DNA of 64,000 nucleotides, taken from NCBI GenBank assembly GCA_973895155.1, contig OZ316894.1, forward strand, positions 3,372,944 to 3,436,943. The letters are read 5' to 3'. Source of the DNA: Marsupella aquatica. Lineage: Eukaryota; Plantae; Marchantiophyta. Positions 12,791-25,800 of the stretch are shown here, piece after piece; within the stretch, counting starts at the first letter, position 1; every line of letters begins with the position of its first letter. A program made the translations under genes and the position numbers. The notes under the pieces were generated by a model. The model was not told the origin of the DNA. It made no database searches and was given only the letters and a program-made list of their open reading frames with translations.

Positions 12791-13631
12791 GTAATGCTCA
12801 CCTTTTAGGGTGTTAAAAAAGTGCTAGGTCTAATGGAGTCAAACATTATTCTCCATTTGAGCATCATCTTCTGGCCACTCCCAAACAAGAAAAGAAAAAA
12901 AACCAGCCCAAGAAATATAGTCTTTACACAGGGGATACAAGTTTGAGGGGTATGAACAAGCCCTTAACAAGCAAATCATGTTGCTTTCTACTAGTTTGCC
13001 ACTAAAGATACTAGCCTGAGTGCACATTCTTGTGAGCATAAATAGAGTTGATTCAAGCCTCTTGCCCATTCACCTATTTGGGTTCAATTGATTTCTAGTG
13101 ACTCACACACTACACAAAATTCAGAGATTCACCCTGCCCCCAATCCCCATTTCCCCCTCAATTGTACCCCACGAGTCATGGTCTACAGACTTCACCCTTG
13201 ACTGTAGGCCCAGAAGAGTAGGTTCACGTTACAATCATATAATTAGATTCAAAATTTCTGATTTGCCACAGTTTTAAAAATATTTATCACGTAAGTATGG
13301 GATTAAGTTAGTTTAAGATTTTTACTAAGTTAAGAATATCACGCTCAAATGAGTGGCTTACAGGTTTTTTCCTTAGCTTTGTTGTCCACCTTGGTAAGGT
13401 TTGTGTTAAACCACAACTGCCCCTTCAAGAGCTACATACTTAGAATCCTAAGTATGTAATTTCACTATTAAATAACAACAAATTGTTCCCAAATTGTGGA
13501 GCAGACTAGCACCTTAAAGGAAAGAAGTGAGTGAAATGTGGAACGGGAGAACTCTTGGACACTTTGCCTTGTTAGATGGACAATTTGCTTTACACCTTGA
13601 TCAACCAGGGCTAAACCTTAAATGATTGTCC

Positions 13632-13897
13632 TAACCATGGTTAAGTGTCATTGAATTAGCCGTAGAGGCAGCTGATGGTGAGAGAGATGTGAGAAATGAT
13701 CATCTAACCATGGTCGAGTCTCGATGAAATGAACCATACAGGCAGCTGATCGTGAGAGAGATGTGAGAAATGATCATCTTAACCATGATGAAGTCTTGAT
13801 GAAATGAACCATACAGGTGGCTGATTTTGAGAGAGATGTGACAAACTAATATCATAACCATGGTTAAGTCTCGATCAAATTGACCATACAGGTGGCT
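13632..13897 (+). repeat. Tandem repeat, unit about 74 bp, about 3.5 copies
   Basis: taaccatg...accatacaggcagctgat...gagagagatgtgagaaatgatcatc units start near 13632, 13705, 13780 and 13855. Confidence 0.85.
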
Positions 13898-14777
13898 TAG
13901 GGCTAGGATCCACGGCGTTGGGAGTGAGGAGTACAGACATGTGTCAGAATGTGACAGTACAGTGCATTCTCATTGGCTCTAAGTCAAAACTCATACATTT
14001 AAAATACCACATACACCCTGGCATACAGTGTATTTGGGCCCATGGGGTAACCAGAGGAAGTGATAGTACTCCCTGCCCCTGGCCCATGGAACCTAGCCCT
14101 GAGCCAATTAGATTGCAGCTTTTCCAGGGAGTGAGGGGTGTACAAATACTATAGTAGGGAGTATGATTTTCCCTCACACTTCCTCTTAAACTTCAGAGGT
14201 ATGCCCTGCCTCTATAAAGTAATTAGTAGAGGGCATTGTCATTGGCTCCAAGTCAAAATTCATACATTAAAAATAATGTGTATACATTGGCATAGGGCAT
14301 ATTTGAGCCCCAGGGGGTGTCAGAGGGTCATTGTGAAGTGCAAGGAAACAACAATTTTTTTTGTCACATGACCACTAATTTTTCTATCTCCAATTGACTT
14401 GCTAGCAAGAACCTGGTCGATAACATACATTTTTGGGACTCCTCTTTTTGCTACAGAACTTGCTAGCCATCTGGATTCTTAAAAAAACACAAAGAATATA
14501 AAAGGCAGCAAAAAGCAAAAGAAATTTAAAATCACTAGTGTCTTGCTAACAACATTCTAATCAGTGCTAACGTAATTCTTGTCAGGAAGAAAGGTTAGAG
14601 GTGTGTAACCTTCTCTACTAGGTGCCACCATTTCCATGACCCTTTGCCTAGAAAATCTGGCCCCATAATCTTTTTCCCGGGAAGGTATTAGTGTGATAAT
14701 GACGGATGGGGTTGGGGTACCGTAGGAAACCTGTTCCCACAAAGCTCAGAAAAACTTCTCTACTGCCTCGGATCAGT

Positions 14778-15235
14778 ATTTCCTCACTTTCTGGTCGCAG
14801 GGTCACAGACTGGTAACCCAAGACCAATCCGTCATTACCCTATAAGCATTTCTTCACTTTCTGGTCACAGGGTTACAGACTAGTAACCCAAGACCAATCC
14901 ATCATTACCCTATGAACATTTCCTCACTTTCTGGTCACTGGGTTACATACTAGTAACCCAAGACCAATCCGTCATTATCCTATAAACATTTCCTCACTTT
15001 CTGGTCGCAGGGTTACAAACTAGTAACCCAAGACCAATCCGTCATTACCCTATAAACATTTCCTCACTTTCTGGTCATAGGGTTACAGACTAGTAACCCG
15101 AGACCAATCCACCATTACCCTATAAGCATTTCTTCACTTTCTGGTCATAGGGTTACAGACTAGTAACCCTAGATCAATCTGGCCTTACCCTATACAGACC
15201 AGTAACCCAAGATCAATCTGGCATTACCCTATACA
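14778..15235 (+). repeat. Tandem repeat, 70-bp unit, six copies plus a partial, each unit with a hairpin
   Basis: Units start at 14778, 14848, 14918, 14988, 15058 and 15128; the core is GGGTTAC-agacta-GTAACCC. Confidence 0.93.
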
Positions 15236-15417
15236 AAGTTTCTGTTTATCACATTATACAATAAAGTTATCCGCAATGTGAGTGATTAAGGGCGACTGGT
15301 CGTGACTTGTACCTAAATTAAAGGGTGAGTTAACTTAAATGGAAACTTCAAGTACTCAGGGGCGAGAAACAGGGTGAATCCCGTTTTTTGTCCTTCCAAC
15401 AGTGTCGGGCCCTTCTC

Positions 15418-15750
15418 ACCGCGAGTTAGTGTCAGCCGCGAGTTAGTGCCAGCCGTGAGTTAGTGCCAGGACGTTCTGCTCTTTCCTGCCCAGGCCCATC
15501 ATGCCTCCAATGTTGCATCGTGCCTTCCTGCTCAGGCCCGACATTGCTCAAGCCCTCCATAGCTTCAAGCTGCTGATCGAGCACTGCCTAGCTTCCTTGC
15601 CTCCATTGCTCCACACTGCATCGTGCCCCTGATTGTGCCTCCATCGCTGCTGCTCAGGCCCGACATTGCCCAGCCCTCCATAGCTTCGAGCTGCTGAGCA
15701 CTGCAGCCCAGCTTTGGTTCCTCCATCGCTCCATCCTTGCCTCCATCGGG
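15418..15750 (+). repeat. GC-rich short direct repeats (three 17-bp ccgcgagttagtgccag copies; duplicated ctgctcaggcccgacattgc block), probable TE remnant
   Basis: Repeats are visible at about 15418-15469, 15528-15600 and 15650-15720. Confidence 0.6.
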
Positions 15751-16801
15751 TATCTTCTAACTCAAGTGGGAGGTTAACTCTCTTAACTCACCTGCTTATT
15801 TACTTAACTCAGTTCTTACAAGGGAACTTTAGGAGAGTTTAAGGAAACTCACTTAAAAGACCAAATAGGGACTCTGGCCTTGAGTTTGGCCCCTTTACAT
15901 TAAGGATAACTTTAATACCTCTTGTAAGAGAGAGTGATCTTACTCCCTGCCCCGGGACCATGGAACCTAGCCATTATCGTTAGAGCGAGAGAGATCTGAG
16001 GCTCGAGAAAATGTTGAAGGTGAGACTGGGAGACCGGGAGTCCCGAGCCACCTAGGGCTTTTCTTCGGTATTGAAGGAAATCTTCAAAAATTCGTCGTCT
16101 TCTCCTGTCATGAATCCATAGACTGCTGCTCTCTCATTTCGTTCGGATGCAATTTTGGCCGATTAAACAGGGTGATTATCCCTCAAAACTGTCGTGTCTG
16201 AATACCAAACATTCAGTCTCTGTCTTTGTAATTGTCGTTGATTTTCCTCTGAAATTCAAATATTCACTATCTGTTTTGTCGCGTTTTCTGTGTTGGCATT
16301 CATTCATTCATACTTTCTGGACCGGAAAGTTATTTTCTCACGTTTCTAATTGCTTTTGTGCTGCGATTCTGAAATAAAATTCAAATTCTCTCGGTCTGAA
16401 ATGCCTTCAACCGAGACGGCAGTCTTTAATCTCCCTCTCCGTCCCTTTGGTCTTCGAATTCGAGCTCAATCCCTCTGCTATTCGTGGAATATGAGCTCGA
16501 TTCAGTTTTTCTCAGTTTGTCGTGGAATTTAAGTTCAATTCAGTGTCTCTCGGCTCTGATATCCATTTTCTTAATCCCTACGTTTGCTTCTCTGTGTCGT
16601 GAAGTTTTGGAAGGAAAAAGAAAAAATTCTGCCTGAAGTTCTTCGACAAAGACTTTACTGTGCGTGGTATTTTTCTCTCGTTACTATGTTAATAGCGGAA
16701 CTTGAGCTCAATTTATTCGGGAAGTCGAAAAGAGAAACATTGCACTGAACGAAGATATGTATGAACAGGGACCCTGAGGTAGAGGGAGACTCTGGGGAGG
16801 G

Positions 16802-19800
16802 ATGGGGCCAAAGAAGGGGCCTCAGAAGCAGCAGCAGCAGCAGAAGGGGAAGGGGAAGAATGTTTCTGGGAAGGCCGGTGAGGCAACAGGAGGTGGGAGC
16901 AGTAAAAACAAGGGTGCGGCTCAAGTTCAAATTTCGTCGGAGAATGAGAGAAAGCTTCGACAACTTCTGCAGAACACAGGGAATCTCTCCTCTGGGGTGA
17001 CTAAGCAGCAGGAGGAGCTCTCTGTGGGCCAAAAGAAGTCAGCCGGAAGGCGGCTCCGTAATGTGTACGACACTCTTATTTCCGAAGGATTTTCTTCCTC
17101 TCAGATAGAACAAGCTCTCGCTGCTCTATCGATTGTGAGCCTCCTGATTCCGCCGACTCAAATATTTGTTTCATACGTGAAGACGAAATGAAAGAAAGCA
17201 GTGGGGAGACAATGGAAGTCATTAAAGCTTGATTATACCCTTCGGTGACCATCATTTGTATCGCTCTCGACTTGGGTTGATAGAAACTATAGATACTGTT
17301 TGGTTTAAATTTCCGTGCATACCCGGAGTGTTGAAATTCTGGGGGTCATCTTGTGTCCTTATTTGGTGATGTTTTGCTGACATGCAGGGAGGAGCAACTC
17401 TTGAATCCGCCCTGGATTGGCTGTGCATGAATTTACCTGCGAATGAGTTGCCGATAAAGTTCTCAAGTGGTTTCAGGGTTGAAGAGACTGAAGGTGCGGT
17501 TTATTTGCCGTCAAAAGCCCTCCTCAATATGGTGAATGATATCAACTTCCTGATTTGAGTGCATCTCAAGGTTATCAATTTGTTTTCTGTATAGGTCATG
17601 CGTTGAATTTGTTATTGGTCGGCACGTTGGGCGGGGCGTGTAGGAGGATCTATACAAGTTCTTGCAGCAGCACGACCCGACTGGGCACCTCCTGTGAAGC
17701 CAAGTGACGACGAGGAAAGAAATGTTCTTTACACATCAACAATTCCGAAACCTGCTCCAACTGTCAGAGAAAAGATACCCGACAAGGATGTGCAAACCGA
17801 GCAAGCCGAGTGGATTAAGCGCTACTTGGCTCAACAAGAAGAGGTGTGGGACTCAACCTTGAGGTCTCAAGATGCTGTACCAATTGATCATTCAGTTTCT
17901 AAGAAGCAATAATTATTTGTTTCCTTAGCGATTCGAATTTAGAATGCTTCTGTAAAGTGCCTTTTCTTTCTGTAATTGGCTTCAGGCTAGTGGCAGTGAG
18001 AGCGATGAAGTGGACAGCGAAGATTCCGATTGGGAGGTACGTTTTACCTTTTGCTATTTTCGTTTGTTAATCAGCCTACAGGGTTCGTTATTTACTCCAC
18101 CCTTTAACATTGAACTTTTCTTCATTGGAGGTAGGAAATCCCTAGGTTTGGGTCCTCTGACCTGAAAAAGGTACGAGCTTTGACCTAGAGCAACTCAAGT
18201 TCCAAGCAAGAATGCTTGTCTTATGTTGCTGCATTTAGCTCACATGCGAACCTCTGGGTGTTTTGGTGGTCGAATGTGTTCTGTCAATAAGCAACAACTC
18301 TCAACTGACACCTATTTGAGTTTTTTTTTCCTTCTTTTTTCTCTTTTTCCTCGCGATCCCCACGGGTGGGGTGTGAGGCTCCCAAGAAGACCATCTATTT
18401 TCGTTCTTAAAATTGTCATGTGTTCTGTTGGACTCACATGCAGGTGTTTGCTGACCCAACGGAGCAGAACCGTCGCAAGGAGAAACGCCAGGTCTGAGTG
18501 ATGTTCTTAGCTCATAATCTTCACTAAGAGATGAAGGCACAAGGCTATGTCCATTCCTGAGTCATGAATTGGCAGGAAACGCAGACAGTTTTGAAATCAG
18601 CTATAATCTGTCGTTTGTGCGTTTCATATAACAGGTTGTGGATCCACGCACCCGGTCAATTTCTATAGCAACTGAGTTTCAGAAGGCAAAACAGGCAGCT
18701 GCTCAGGCCAAGGAGAGAGGTGACAAAGAGAAACAGAAAGCAGCTGGTCGCTTGATACGTGAGCTGAGACAAGAAATGACTTCTTTAGGTGATTTCGGAT
18801 CCCAGAAGCGCTGTGGTTTCTTTTGCACGCTTTAATTCCCAGGACAATTATTTAGTTTACCACGATTCATTTCTACCTAGATTGCAAAGCAGTCTCTTAT
18901 GAATAAGATGGGTTTCATACATTTGTTAACGTCAAGTGTCGTTGTTCATAACAGGTTTGTCAGAGAGTGCACTCAATCAAATGGTGGTAAGGGATCCGTT
19001 CCCGGGTCTTGGAAATGCTGCTTTCCCAAGTCTTGGAGAGACTACAAACACAGCCTTTCCCAGGCTGGGGGAGCCTAGAAATGCTGCCTTCCCGAGCCTT
19101 GGGGAGACTAAAAGTGCTCGAGCTCCTGACCAAGGCCAAAACAATTCATTAGGATTATCATTCGCTGACTTAATGAGAAGCAAAACGTCTGCACCTTCAG
19201 CAGCTGGTACCCCTGCGGTGTCAAATATGGTCAACCTCTCCAAAGCAAGAAAACTGCCAGATTGGGCGAAAACAGTTGTTGAGGGGAGTCCACTGGTTCC
19301 TAAGAGTGTCAGCAATGCAAACTCTAGTGAAGACGTTGACGGAAGTGTGCTAACATTTATAGAGGCCGAGGACGATTCTCTGGGAAAGAGATTAGCCTCA
19401 GAGCCTGCACAAGATACTGAAAGACCGACAGCACCACAATCAGTAGACATTGAGCAGGAATCTCATGCGAGATCGACAGATGATGCAGTTGACGATTCGG
19501 AGGAGGCACCGGAGAAACCGACAGAACCTGAGATAAGCTATAGCACCGAAGCTCAGCAACAAGTGAAAATTCCTGATAAAGAAGCAGAACCGGTGACGGA
19601 AGAAGATGGTGGCATGCTGGGTATGTTTGATGAAGAGTCAGCTTCTGAGCAGTTACCAGAATCTGTGGTAAACATTCAAAAGAAAGAAAAGCTCACTGCA
19701 TGGGGAATGGAGAATGCTGGCCCTCGGCGAAAGCAGGTTCCAATCAACAAGAAAGCAAGCCAACAAACGTCACAGGTTCGTCCCCCCACCTCTCATCGCA

Positions 19801-22800
19801 AGTATTCAGTTGTTACCTCGGCAATATCTTTCTGTATCTCTATTTCTATGCGTATATGTTGTCAGCATGCTTGTATACGTGGAACAAGCTCAGGGTGACG
19901 CTTTTACCTATTTATGGTTGTTTCTTATGAGAGGGAAGCAACTCGAATTCGTCGAAAAGAAACATTAGCTGAATACAAAAAGTTGACAATTATTCATATA
20001 CATAGAATATACAGTTCTTCGCACTTTGATTACAACCATGTTTTAATCCATCTTGAAGGAAGCGAATTGTTTTCTCTTTCTTGCGAAGATCCGTGATGCT
20101 TCGGTTACAGAATGTATTCTCATGAATAGTTCCGGACTTTGCAACGTACACTCGCTTGGAGCTTTTTGAAGGGTTCTGATTCTCAATTTCTCTGGCACTC
20201 GCAGGATGAGTTTCTACGACAACCAAAAGCTGTTCTCCAGCAGCACTGCCAAAAGAATGGCTGGGCAGCTCCAAAATATGAAAAGCTGTCCGCACTAGGC
20301 AAACTATATGCATATACTGTAACTGTCACTAGACCGACTGTTGGCCGCGGCAAGAATAAAATAGTTGGAGGTCCAGTACTTTGCAAACTTCCGGAAAAGG
20401 AAGATTATTTTGAGTCAATATCTGTGAGTACCAAGCAGATCTCTATTTCTTCTGTGAGAAGAGTAAATTGAATAGTATACTTCTATATACTTATATCCGC
20501 CCTGGTCAAAATGCAATGCGATTTACAGTATCATGCTGATCTGGTGTCTTTCACACTTGGCAAGGTAGAAGCAGTGTAACTGTTGCAAGCTTACACCCCT
20601 CCTATCTCAGAACTAGGGTATTTTTGGCTGAGTAGAGAACGACGTTCTTCACGACTTGGCTCCCGTCAGGGCAACGCTGATTTCCACAACACTTTTGTTT
20701 TGACCTGGGATAACGTTGAGACAGTGTTAAATCCTACACTAATTTCTAGCTTGGTGCAGGATGCACAGAATGCCGTCGCTACCTGGGCGTTATCTATACT
20801 GCTGCCAGAACTCCCATTGCATCACATCTTACCAGAACCATATAGGACAATGTGTCTACGCTGGCAAACTTCAGGTTACATGACTACTTATCTTCACTTG
20901 TGACCATGAATTGAAGCTTGCATCAGCTTTCCTTGTTTTCATAAATCTATGATCTGTGTCTAGTCTAACGTGTTCGTTGCGCAGGGCAAAATGCTAGGAA
21001 GGACTTGAAAAGAGAGGAGGAGGTTCGCAGAGCTTCCTTTGTTGATTCTCTCGTTAATTCGAGCATTTCTAGTGATAAGACAACGGATGATAACACTGTC
21101 TCTGAACAATCACCCACCGAAGAAAGAGAATTTATGGACAGTCAAAAACCTTTTGCCAAGCCCGCCGCAATGGACAACTGTGAGTGTCCCGTATGCCTGA
21201 GCGAAGCCTCAGAATTTGAAATAGCTGTAGAGGTAGACTTCATGAAGCGCATGAGAAATCTGCTTGTACTTTACGGGAATAGGTCTTGCAGCAGGGACAG
21301 ATATTTACATACAAAACTTTCCAGCTGCTTTGAGTAAATTTGTATGCTCTGAAGAAGAAGCCATAATTAGAGACATTTGGTGGCTCCTGCAGTGATCCAG
21401 TTCCGCAAAGAAGCTGAGAGCCGTGATCTTAAAAGGAGACACGAGGGCAAGTTGAGAACAAACAATTATCAGGTGTGCCCAGAAACCCTTTTTGGACGTT
21501 TTGCTCACCGAGACCGTTTTTTGTCTAAAGTGCTTCATATCCTGAATGATGCTGCTGAGTCTAACGATCGTCATGATCTGTATTAGGCTATGGTGAGAGC
21601 CCGAGCAGGGCTGCCAATGGCAGCTGTGAAAGATGACTTTCTAAGGAAAGTCAGAGAAAGTGAAGTGGTGGTTGTTAGTGGCGAAACTGGGTGTGGGAAA
21701 ACTACACAGGTAGACTTTGGTGGATTGTTCAGATTTTGTTCTCAGCTATCATTAGTTGCACAGAATATGATGTTGATGCAGTTTATCCTTTGCTCAGATT
21801 CGGTCAAACTATCCTATTCTGCTCTACTGTGCAAGTTGAGTGCACCAGTAATTGGCTCTACAGTCAGAACGCTTCCTTTGAGAAAATTGTACGGAGAAGT
21901 CCCATGCAACGAAGACTCTTGGGTAGGCTTCCTAGAGGGTTAGACCGCGAGGGATGGCATCCATTCAAACTCGAATACTACGCACAAGAATTTTTGCTAA
22001 TTATGTGGTTTTCATCTGTCTACAATTAGGGTCCACAATATCTGTTAGATGAGATGATTGTTGCTGGCCGTGGGGGATTCTGTAATATTATCTGCACTCA
22101 ACCACGGCGAATAGCAGTAAGATCTGATTCTCTTTACTTTTCATTGCCGTATGTTATGTGTATATGTCCTTTCTACAATGTGAGCAAAGTCTAGCGTGAC
22201 GAGGAATAAAATCTCACTGATCAGATCTAAGATCTCTGTCGGCTCTTCAGTTGAGCCATAAGTGGTCAATCCAGTAATGTGGGCCTAATAAGTTTTCCAA
22301 GTGCTACACCGCTGAGACGCCTGCTCTAGTACATTCTTTTGTCAATTTCCCAGCCTTGAAGTTTTGAAGCATAGGAAGAGTCCCTGAGAATTTGGTCATT
22401 GGAGTTCCTCGTCCAGTACTTAAGTGATGCTGTGAACTCATGCTGACCATTATGAAATATATCTTAGAGCTATGATTGAGCAGTTTATCTCCACTAGGAG
22501 ACTGATTATAGACTTTTAAAGGCCTTGAAGGTCCCGATTGTGGTGGCGATGTGGATTTATAATTGGTTCGGATTTCAATTGAGTGTAGTTTTCATTCTTG
22601 TGACAGCGGGCTTCATGACATATTGTTGCTTTATTTGCCACGATGCTTCCATAGGCAATATCTGTAGCAGAAAGAGTAGCAGTTGAACGGTGTGAGACTT
22701 CTCCGGGAACCAGTGGATCTCTTGTTGGCTATCAAGTTAGACTTGATACTGCATGGTGAGATTCTCCTGGAGCCTCCTGTTTATGTAAATGTACATATGG

Positions 22801-25800
22801 GCCACTGAATGTGAGTTACTCGCTAGAGAGGAGCTTACCACGATTCTTTGGGATCGAAGGAAGTAAATTGCTGAGATTGTGGTTTGATTTTCAGGAATGC
22901 AGGCACAAAGCTTCTATTCTGTACGACAGGTATTTTGCTTCGGCGCCTTGGGGTGAGTAATCTTTAGAACCAATTTGAGCCACCATCGCTTTTTTTTTTT
23001 CGAAGCCTTCCGTTGGTCTAATAATGTTTCAAAAATTCTTTAAACTTAGCTTTTCTGTGAAGAGTGTGTGTGTATTTGTTGACTTTACTTTTCAAATCAA
23101 ATTCATATAATTGCAGTGCATATATGACTTGGCAATGAGTGGGTTATACTAGAAAGAAATGTTGTGCTCAGTGTCGCAGTCTTGTATGAGTCAGCGATAA
23201 ATTTGTCGCTGGTATGATTTCTGTGACTTGGTGTGTGACTAACAACGTGCTGAAACGATTGATTTCGCTATTTGACGTCTTGCTCACACGTTGCAGGGAG
23301 ATCGAGATTTGGAAGGTGTTTCTCACATCGTAGTGGATGAAGTTCATGAACGCACCGTTCTGGTAAGGTTTTGGGTTCTACACCTGGATTTGTACAGCGA
23401 CAACGTAAACAATAGACTAAGTGCTCCCACTCGCTTTTAGTGCTAATCACAAGAGATAAACTATGAAGTTGTTTCTTGATTATATTTAGTGTCTACGTTT
23501 GTGCACGGCAAAGAAAATGAGAATTTTTCAAGACGTTGTCGTATAGATTTTAGATAAGTACACCCTAAACCCAAGTATCTCAGTATGAGTGACTTTTTTT
23601 GGTCCTTGATTATGCAGGGCGACTTCTTATTAGTGATTTTGAAAGACCTCTTGGAGAGGAGGAGGGAATCGGGATTTCCTCTGAAGCTCATTCTCATGTG
23701 AGTTTCCTTAAATCTCAAGAGCGCGTTTACGTCTGAAATGGGAAGACTCCTTCGATTCATATTTGTGCCACTGTCAAAATCAGAAGCGTTTGTTATGCAT
23801 ACAAATTGTTTCTGACCAAGGTCTCGACTCTGCATCTCTAACAGGTCTGCTACTCTTGACTCTGAGCTCTTCTCACAGTACTTTGGAGACTGTCCAGTGA
23901 TCAAAGCTAAGGGCCGCACATTTCCAGTGACTACATATTATTTGGAGGACATCCATGACCGACTTCAGTACCGTCTTGCAACTGATTCACCAGCAGTCAT
24001 GCACTATGATAACAAAGGAAACAAGAACAAGGTGAGGATGTACTCTTATTTCTAAATCGTTTCACGAGTGTACATTTCGTGAAATGCATTGGTTGCACTG
24101 ACACTCGTGGTTGACTCTCAGACGTCCAAGAATCTCGTGGATAGTAGTAGGGGAAGGCAAAGTCTGGTGCAGTCCGGGTGGGGAGATGATCAGTCCTTGG
24201 AGGAGGTGCCTGTCAACCCACTTTTTGACGAGGATATGTACGTGGAGTACAGCCAGAGAACCCGTTCCAATCTGGTGGGCATGCCAAGACCTCTTTATCA
24301 GTTACATGATGCTTTTGTTCACGGACAAATATCTCAATTGGGAAGTCCTACATGCTGCATTTGTGGAAGTTTCATGTACTAAGATTCTTACAGAACCTCT
24401 TGCAAAAAGAAATGCTAAATCAGGCTCTGTCCCGCTTTAAAAAAAGAAAAAGGAAATAGAGAAGCTATAGATATGCTGAAATGGCTCAGGGATTTGTTTT
24501 GCAATTGGAATCCCACCTGCATAAGAGGACGGCACATCTGATACAAAGTTTATTGCAGACAAGACTCAACGAAGATGTTATTGATTATGACCTTATTGAG
24601 GATTTGATTATTCATATTGATGAGGAAGGTGAACCTGGAGCCATTCTTGTATTTCTACCGGTAAGTTGTCCTGTCAATTGCCCTGATGTCATCGTTAGCG
24701 TATCTCGGTTTTGAGAGGCAGATATTTCTTGAAACCTGTTGTTGATCGTGTCAATTTCTGGCCTTTATTGGCAGGGAATGGCAGAAATTCAGTTCTTGTG
24801 GGACAGACTTGCAGTTTCAAGAAGATTTAGTGGCTCAGCATCAGAATGGCTGCTGCCTTTGCACTCTTCTGTTGCCTCCTCAGATCAAAAGAGAGTGTTC
24901 CAGACTCCTCCAAAGGGACACCGGAAGGTAGAGGCTATAACTTCTTATCTTTCAGATCTACAGATGCAGTTCTATGATAACAAGAAAGGAGCTTGGTTGT
25001 GTTGAGCACAGGTTCATTATGGTCTTTCTCAATCGTTAGTCTTGTCTGTAATTTCTTGAGTCATTTGGAGTAATTTGTAAGATTTTCCTCTATTAAGCTA
25101 GTCCTCAGTTAACTGCCACAAGCTCCATTAACCTCAGATTTGTTGTGAGTCTGTGCTCAGGTGGTGTTAGCAACCAACATTGCAGAGACAAGCATAACAA
25201 TTGATGATGTGGTCCATGTTATTGATGGCGGAAAACACAAAGAAAACCGATTCAACCCTCGGCGAGTATGTAACCTCATTCTAACTATTGTTCTGGTTCA
25301 ACTAAATTTATTACTGTCCACCCGTTTAAACTGTAATTTGCGTAGTGTTGATTTCGTGTGTACGTAGTGCCTACCTTCAAGTCAAGCCAGAGGGCTTGTT
25401 TGCTCCAAGGTTGAAAGGCTTCTGTATTTGTTACATTTTCTTACTTCTCTTGTCTTCAGATACTGATGAAAGTGTTATTTCTAACGTGGATTGCACCTCT
25501 CAGGGAATGTCGAGCATGGTCGAAGCTTGGATCTCCCAAGCAAATGCAAAGCAACGAAGTGGTAGAGCTGGTCGTGTGCAAGCTGGAAACTGCTTCTGCC
25601 TGTACACAAGAAATCGTTTTGACAAATTACTCCGGCCATTTCAGGCACGGCTACCCATGAACCTTATCTCAGTTGCTAAAATTTTGTCATTTTTGCTAAA
25701 GCAAGCCTGGTACGATGAACACGAACCTGCAAGTTGGTTGCGTGTGTTGTGGGTTTCAACAATGTATTTTGCTTTCTATGATAATGGTAACTGAAGTGGT

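Noticed and set aside
12839-13069. Possible LINE RT fragment (KRLESTL...QASIFSGKLVESNMI)
   Set aside because: Only a faint resemblance over about 30 residues; cannot be supported without a profile search.
14778-15235. CRISPR-like array of palindromic repeats
   Set aside because: The units are repeated end to end with no unique spacers, there are no cas genes, and the context is eukaryotic.
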